From NCBI GenBank assembly GCA_040954595.2, contig CM082581.2:8206059-8270058 (forward strand): a stretch of 64,000 bases of DNA, given 5' to 3'. Origin of the DNA: Balanoglossus misakiensis. Taxonomy: Eukaryota; Animalia; Hemichordata. Below are positions 56,146-64,000 of the stretch, one piece after another. Position numbers and translations under genes: made by a program. How positions within the stretch are numbered: position 1 is the stretch's first letter; each line of letters begins with the position of its first letter. The notes under the pieces were generated by a model. That model made no database searches and was not told where the DNA came from. It was given only the letters and a program-made list of their open reading frames with translations.

Positions 56146-58875
56146 AGAGCTGAGGTGGTCATATTTCTCTCTACTTTAAATATTAAACGATTCATTTTGA
56201 CCCCTTTGGTCTAACTAGAAACGATCCATCGTCAGAACGAATACTCTTCGCGGCCTGATTTTTTAAAAAAAGTTTTCTTTGCTGGGGGGGGGGGTGCTAT
56301 ATCTGTCAGGTCGATCAGCCAAACTTGGCTTTAAAGCGTTGACCACAACTGCAGTCTGTAGTCTTTGGGGCAAATAAACGCAGAACGCAGTATACACACA
56401 CACACACACTCAAATTCATGTATATTTCACACCCTGCTGGTAAAAATACACGTATTTCAAAGCGATATGCGCATGCGCCGTTTGGCACGCTCCCAGATTC
56501 ATTTTGCGGCGCGGCTTCCACAGGGATAAGGATGTCTCCTTATCTATATTTAATTTCAAATAAAAACAGCGAATAAACGATGAAACTGCTGATTTTTACA
56601 CTAAGCGGAAGTTGTCTTTTTCTCGCCCGAGAATACTGGGGAGACAATCCCGCGAAAGTCGCCTTTGAAGATGAAACACGCAAGTGTTAACAGAACAGAC
56701 GGCGAAGATGAGATAGAAAATATCACATTACAAAATTATACTGATTTGAAAAGGAAAATACCACGGTGAAACGAGCCAAATCGCTGGAAATAAGTGGTGA
56801 CTGTCTGTTTTTTTCGGATAATTGTATACTTTATAGTGGCAATCTTGTACACCCTTAGGTGTGAATGTAATGGCGCAGCTGGTATGCGCTTCTGTCTTGC
56901 TGTGGTCTTCTTTAGAAATAAAGATGTCTGTAGGAAAAGGTGATCTCGTCACGACAATAAGCCTCCATTTACATTTTGGCGATTTTTTCAGAGCGCATTC
57001 AAGATTCAGAGATGTAATCAATTCAAGCTGCAGCGAATGTAGTCCGCTCCATACCACCGGCAACGAACCCTTTTCTACCAGCAACACAAAAAGGGATTAC
57101 TAGTAATAACAGCGTTCGGTTTAATTCAACCAGTGGGGGGAAATGGAATGAACGGGAGAAGAAGAAAGTCAACTTTGTTTGTCAGAACGGCAGTGTGTTG
57201 TATTTCGCGGTGTACACACGGATATTGTACTTCCTTTCGCTTTCATCACACTGATTCAAAAATAACTTCTGAAAGTGTCGGATTTCTTCTTCAGCGGAAT
57301 ATGTTACTCAGACGCCTCGAATATTATTACCCAGATGCCCCGAAAACCCTCGCCCTGACTGTAACTGGCGCCGGCGCAAACTCGCTTCCTGTTTTAAAGC
57401 AAAGATGCAAAGCGCATGATCAAGTGCAAATTTACGACATCTGTGAAGCTGTATATGACGTGTAACCCCTAGCAACAAAGGTTGCATAGTGAACGTCTCA
57501 TATTAGTTTAGTCGAAAGATTGGATTCTTCTGCTAGAGTCACGATCCTATCAGAATAATTCTTTTAATTTCCAACAACGTTCGAAACTCAATGAATTGAC
57601 ATTTCGCTGTTGCTCTCGGCTACAAGGGAAGATGGAACAACGCTTGTTGGATCTATCACGATCCCTTTAATAATAAATTCTTTGAATGTTGATAAATGGA
57701 GGAAAATGTCATAACTTCAACATTTCTGTGGTCTCTGAATGTGTACACGCGTGGTGCCCTTTTTACGCTGTATGGTTCTATTACCACTTTTCGTTTCAGT
57801 GCGCGGTTGAAAAACAGCACGTCTAGCAAAGTTGATATGCAGCTGAAGTTATACATGAGAGATCAACAATATTCGATACAAGCTCCGACATTTTACCCGG
57901 TAAAAAATAAAACAAAGATAGTTGATAACAATAACAAAAGAGCATCTTTGCCATTTATTATGATTAAATCAAAAAATTTCTGACTTGCAAATATTTACCT
58001 TCTTAGATGGAAGGGAGCAGGAAGGGAATGGACGATAAGAGAGAATGCACGAACCATTTTAAGTGTGCTGAATTTTTCGAAAGAAAGGGGCTGTTCTCTT
58101 AATACTCTTTTTTGGAAGAATTACTCACAACACACGTATGTAGACGATTCCAGAATTCACACAGAGAAGCATTTGGTTCATTCGTTATATAGGGTCATAG
58201 CTCGTCGAAAATAATTAAAATATTCAACTCACTTCGTGTTCCGGTGTCCTAAATATAACAAAAAAGCGAACTCTTCATTAAAATATAGCCATATTAATCG
58301 TTAGTATTCGTTATTATTTGACAGGAAAAGGGTAGAGTCCCTTCGCACTGCTAGCTGTCCTTCAAAAGTGAGCCAGTACACCGGCTTTAGCTATTTTTTT
58401 CCATCTTTCTACCTGGAAACGGAATATGGTTTTAATTCCAAGGGGGATGTCTGTGACAATCAGAAGGCCACCGCTCTGATTAGGGTAGAAGCCATTGTGA
58501 ACGATGCCTGGTAGCGGCCGAAAACCCGAGGCGCTATACATTAGAGCTAGCAGAGAAAGAACAAGCACTGAAATTAATATCAATTGCAGTCATTTGACTG
58601 CATATACGTGGACCAAAATTACTATCGATTCTTGTAATTTAATTGAGTAGTCGGATTTGACTGCAAGCGATACGGGGGACCTCTGATCAGACATGGGCGA
58701 GCGTCTCTTTTGTTTTTACAAAGGTTATCCCGCTAATTGGTGGAACCGTCAAGCGGCGTGCGCGTACGTGTGGCGGCGCGGGGAGAAAGTCGGTATAAAA
58801 CGCGATGCAACAGGAGGGGACTGGAAAAAAAGATGAAGTTAAAGTTTAAAGTTTAAAAGATGCGTACATGTACAT

Positions 58876-58886
58876 ACAGACGGACA

Positions 58887-58919
<33 letters not shown>

Positions 58920-58945
58920 ACAGACAGACAGATAGATAAATAGAC
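58876..58945. repeat. (AGAC)/(AGGC)n microsatellite
   Basis: Directly visible. Confidence 0.9.
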
Positions 58946-61200
58946 ATTCCGATTGTACAAAATACATGTATTGTGATTCAGCCTGTCACAATGGACATGC
59001 CTTTATTTGCGAACCCTGGTCCGTTTCCATGCGAAAAGCAGGCGTTACTGTGGTAACAGTTACAAACACGGAGTTCAATCAGTCGCTAAGTAGCTCTTGA
59101 AATGCAATAATAACCCCCTCACCTCGAGTTAGACTCCCGATTCGAATCAGCGAAACGTCAACAAACCATGAAATCAGGGGACCACGCGGTTGCGTCTGTC
59201 ATTATTCCAACGAGTCAGACGGAAAATATTGACCGACAAGCAATTTCCAAAGTTTCCGTCTACGTAATTCAGAAATCAATTGCTCGCATTAGGTAAAGCA
59301 TTACACTCTGGGTAATTCGAAATTTGTGCAAAACCGTGTTAACTTCAATCAAACCTGTCTGACCGTTCTAAAAAGTTAATTAACTATGCCAAATATTACT
59401 GTAAGGTGGCTTTAAGCTTTGTCAGAGCTTGTAGACCGTGATGTCGGAACGACGGAATTCAATTCGCGCGTTTTCTGCCTCTTGGCCTCTGGTTAAGAGC
59501 ATTTGCAACTTCTTATGAAAAAGATTGCTTTTAGAGATTACTTATAAGGCAAATTATATACGTGTATATTGGCCTTTTAAGGTCTTAATTGACGTTGGGA
59601 GAAAATTTTGCGGTTTATCCACATTCGCCATTTTCAGAGTACAGCCTTTATTTAGATTCGTAACTCTGTACCGTTCGGATTTAAATGTGATCATTGTTCA
59701 TACTTATGTGCTTTATTTTGTTCTTAAAGATGCAGTCTATTTATACTGTCCTACTTAGTGTAAAATTCAAACTAATACCTTGATGGTACTTTTCCCGCCA
59801 TTTTGGCAAGGCCAGCGCATGACTCGCACACTGACTCGCGCGCATGTAGGTGGGTACATGTATAAGGAGTTCATTAACGTGCCTGTAGATCATATAATAT
59901 GCTTATACGATCGACTTATTCATCCACACGTACAGCGGGAGTGGTGTTTTATTGTAAAAAAAAACAGGTATGTTTCATCGAAAGCCTCGGAGCAAGATGT
60001 GTCAAATTCTGAAATGAACAAAAGTAACCATTTGAAAGATGGCGACCAGACATGCACACAAAAAGACTGGGAAGATATGGAGAGAGAAAAAAAGAGAGAG
60101 AGGGGGGGGGGGGAGAGAGGGAGAGATAGACGACAGACACAGTGGTGCGTAAATTTGAAGTTTTCAACAAAAACCCTCTATTCCATCGCGACTGACCAAA
60201 TTTGGTCACGTGGACAATTCTCTCGTTGGATTAAACCGCGGATGTATGTCCTCGTCTGATTGGATAGATCTCTGACAATTAAATGAATCGGCAGACATGC
60301 TGTCCAAAGAATCGGTCTTTTTGTAAAAAAAAAATCCATAACGACTGACAAGAATCTTGCTTACACAACCGTAGTTTTCTGATGTTTGCGGTTTCTTGGA
60401 GAAGACTGTTTCAAAAGCCTGCTAAGCTAATTGGAAAAGTAAGGTTTTCCGAGCGTGTGCGCGCCCGTTTTTTGGGTCGATGTAAGATGCACAAAGAGGC
60501 AGTTCGTGTCATTACGAGACTTCCATAAACAAAACTAATTATGCATCGTCCGTCTCGTCAAATGCCATTTCTCGACTCAGCGTGGAACCCGCCGAAATGT
60601 TTCCCCCTCAGGCAACGGCAAAGAGTTGTAAAGAATACGCAACATATCTGACCTTCTCGCTTGTTGCCAGCGATAAAATTATAAGCCCAGTCATTACCTT
60701 TTCCATCATAGCACATGCACGCCATTAAATCGTCTCAAGCCTCGATCTTTTTTTCAATGGCGAGACTATAAGGACTTTCGTTGAACGGGGGAGATCTGGA
60801 AGCTTTGAACACGGATCATAAAGGCTTCGGGATGCAAATTTTTCATCAACCGCCTTGCCACTTGTGACGAAGCAACGAGAAGTTCGGTGTGAGAGATTCG
60901 TCTAAATTTTTGAAAGACGATGCAAGGACCGGATGCAAGAAAAATCTCCCGAGGTCAGGGCAAGACATGAAGATGTCATACTGAACGGCGAAATGATGCT
61001 ACACTAGAATACGTCCAGTAAACTTGCTTTATGCTTAGAAGTAGCGTTTGTTTATTCTCCTGCGTTTTTTTGACAAAGAAAGAAACTCAAGTAAGAGTTT
61101 CGATATTTTAAATCGGATGGTATGCGGTTATGGTAAAAGTACCTCTTCATTACCTTTGTCCCGCCATTTGAATATTTTTAGTCAACCTAACAACCCAGCC

Positions 61201-61376
61201 AGTCAGTCAGTGAGTCAGTGAGAGAGTCAGTCAGTCAGTCAGTCAGTCAGTCAGTCAATCAATCAATCAATCAATCAATCAGTCAATCAGTCAATCAGTC
61301 AATCAGTCAATCAATCAATTAATCAGTCAATCAATCAGTCAATCAGTCAGTCGTCAGTCGATCAATCAATCAATCA
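61201..61376. repeat. (AGTC)/(AATC)n microsatellite
   Basis: Directly visible. Confidence 0.93.
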
Positions 61377-61529
61377 GCAAGTCTAATAATATAACAGAAC
61401 ATGTTTTTTCTCCTGAATATAAATTTCATGAATATTTGATATTCCGAAATGCACACACATGACGCTTATTACCACACTCCAAGTTTGTTTATTTCAGCTT
61501 ATAACGCTGGAGTGCATCTGAGCGAGCAC

Positions 61530-62760
61530 AGAGGTCCGCGCTGGCTCCTAATTAGCTCCAAAAACCCCGGCAATAATTGGGCGGTGAAGGGTTTTCCTGC
61601 AAACTAACACCTCTGAAGTCGGTCTCACTGAGTCAATAACTAACAGCGCAGTAACTAGACACCCCGGACTATACGGTTACTTTGAGACTAAATTAACAAT
61701 AGGGGCAGACACTAAAGCTTTTCGTCCCACAGGATCGGTTCGCGCAGCTTTCAATCCAACTAATTGGTAACCCTTTATCTACGCCTTGAAACGCGATCTG
61801 TGATTGGCAAGGGCAGCATTTCACATGATTGCCGCTCGTTCTCATTAAATTGCCGATTCTACTAATTTTCCGGTCATCCTTTTTCTCCCCGAACTGATTG
61901 GTTCGAAAGTTGACGTTAAAACTTGGCCACTTGAGACATCGAATGAATGTGAATACAATTTTTTCTTCTTCTTACGAATGATGCTTTTTCATCCCGATTC
62001 TCCGTCGATCGGGTTCTCAATACTAATACCGTTGTTAAGCGCCATGAATAAGCAAAAAATATTCCTTGAAACCGTATGCACTCACAATCTTAAACGATCA
62101 GCCTCGGCTCAGATTTCATGTATTCTGGAGCTTGATCTTGCATGGATAGCAGGAAAGAGTGTACCCAATTACGGGGCTCTCTCAGGCACATTACATGGCG
62201 ATTTGCTGCAAACGGCGGAAATTGGTACAAGCCATTAAGTCTAAATGGTCTGATAAGAACGTATCGAGGGCTTTTAAACACAATATTTCTTAATAACGAG
62301 AATCGCGGCAACTATGGCATATCATTTGGGTATTCCGATCACAATATTTCGGTCTAAGTATATTTTTTTAAATCTGCAATGTTTCCTTAAGCCCGATCAT
62401 CGTACGCTTTCCTATTAGTAAGCCCCACCCGACCGATGGTAATTATTTCCACCCATTGTGAAATCTGGTGAAATCGTTTTCGGCGGCGTACAAATCGCGC
62501 GAGCATTTTGTGCGCTCAAGCCATTGTGCCCACTTGTTCATTTCACATTCATACGATGTCGATTACAAAGGACACGTGACATCAAGTAGTAATGATAATC
62601 AGTGAAAAGCAGATTTTGTACACAAACCCTATGTTTGATTTCTGCTTGTACCGTGTCAATATCAGCGTTTTAATGAACGGCAGAGGTCTATAACATAACA
62701 AATACGAGGAGGAACTAAGTTTTATTGGTTTCGTGATGCGCTTGTTGACTGGAGAAGGTG
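61530..62760 (-). repeat. Right copy of the inverted-duplicated non-coding element (candidate enhancer)
   Basis: Reverse complement of ~345-1345, with islands at 62520-62676 and 62210-62251 and similar inter-block spacing. Confidence 0.9.
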
Positions 62761-62872
62761 GGCGTGCGAGAACATTCGGATCGTGGTAGTCTTTAGTGTT
62801 CAGAAAGAGGGATAGAGGGGAGAGGAGAAAATGGAGAGGTGGTAAGAGAGAGTTACAGATAGAGAGAGAGTC

Positions 62873-63019
<147 letters not shown>

Positions 63020-64000
63020 CACATAATTTTCCTTTACATATGATATTTACACACGACTGAAAAAAAACGTGAATAAATTATAAGTGACGGCAGCTTTTGA
63101 TAATCTTTTCAAACTAGACGAACTGTAAAAATATCCGTTTTGTACATGAATTCCATAATTCGCGCGCAAAAAAATTGTGCGCACCAACAAAGAAACCTGC
63201 AGTACAATCCAAAATAAGATTATGCTGGGGAAGTCATTCCTGAATGAAGTTGACAAATTCGTTCCAATCGCCTTTAAGTTGTCTTTATCCGACTAAAGAC
63301 GCTAAACATATGGTCGCTCTTACCTTGTGTGTCACTAAATGCTTTTCCAATCAGCCATTGGCAAATTAAACATAATTTTACACGCTTCTCCAGCAAGGCT
63401 AATAATTGAACACAAATTTATCACGCATAGATGGTTTTGATTTAGAGTTATCTAAATTGAACTTGGCAACGACGTCGACTGTGACCATAAGTCTTGCAGT
63501 ATTAATGGGGTAGCTTTTAACACTCAGCTTTGTTGGAATATTTTATTTTTATTTGACCATATGATGTATCATAATGGTTTATTTTCTGCGTGTATACATG
63601 TATAGGGATGACTGGACGTTGACCGATCAATGACAGAGGTGTGAAAGGTATAGGCGGTGATCAAAAGATCCCTCTTCTCGCAAGATAGAAAAACAAGACA
63701 CAACAAAGACTTTCCAGAGAGCATGTCGGCACAGGAACAGACGAGGTTTGCTCGCTCAGCGGTGGTGAATAGACACGGGAGGGATGGGGGGAGACGCATC
63801 TCTAACTGGCAATCGCAGAGCAGTGAAAAGGGAGACTTGAGCATGCAATCATTCAGTATTCACGCTAACAAAAGACCGGCGAAGAATGCCATTTTTTGCG
63901 TTTTTTTTGTTCACCAGCTTGACGAATTCGTGACCAGAACTGCAGCGCCGAGAAGGTCTCGCTGCTAACAATCTCATTTCGCCTGCGGATGAGGCAGGAG

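Overview
Animal genomic DNA. CpG is not depleted and there are many tetranucleotide microsatellites; an invertebrate deuterostome such as a hemichordate is plausible, but this is an inference. The only convincing protein-coding gene is a two-exon Hmx/NK5 homeobox gene on the + strand (CDS 28122-28401 joined to 29002-29660, 312 aa, with eh1 motif, Q50 homeodomain and HMX-specific SD1/SD2 motifs), lying near the middle of a gene desert. The most striking structure is an old inverted duplication of about 1 kb of non-coding DNA at the two ends of the window (~345-1345 and ~61530-62760). It contains two almost invariant islands (108/109 and 41/42 identical) in a heavily diverged but collinear background, which looks like a paralogous enhancer pair bracketing Hmx. 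The window also holds a truncated Penelope-like retroelement (GIY-YIG C-terminal fragment, 99-bp inverted pLTR copies carrying a minimal hammerhead-like motif, 11-bp target-site duplication), a few possible TTAA-type MITEs, and many clusters of homeodomain/Sox/E-box sites. All alignments and counts were made by eye and need computational confirmation.
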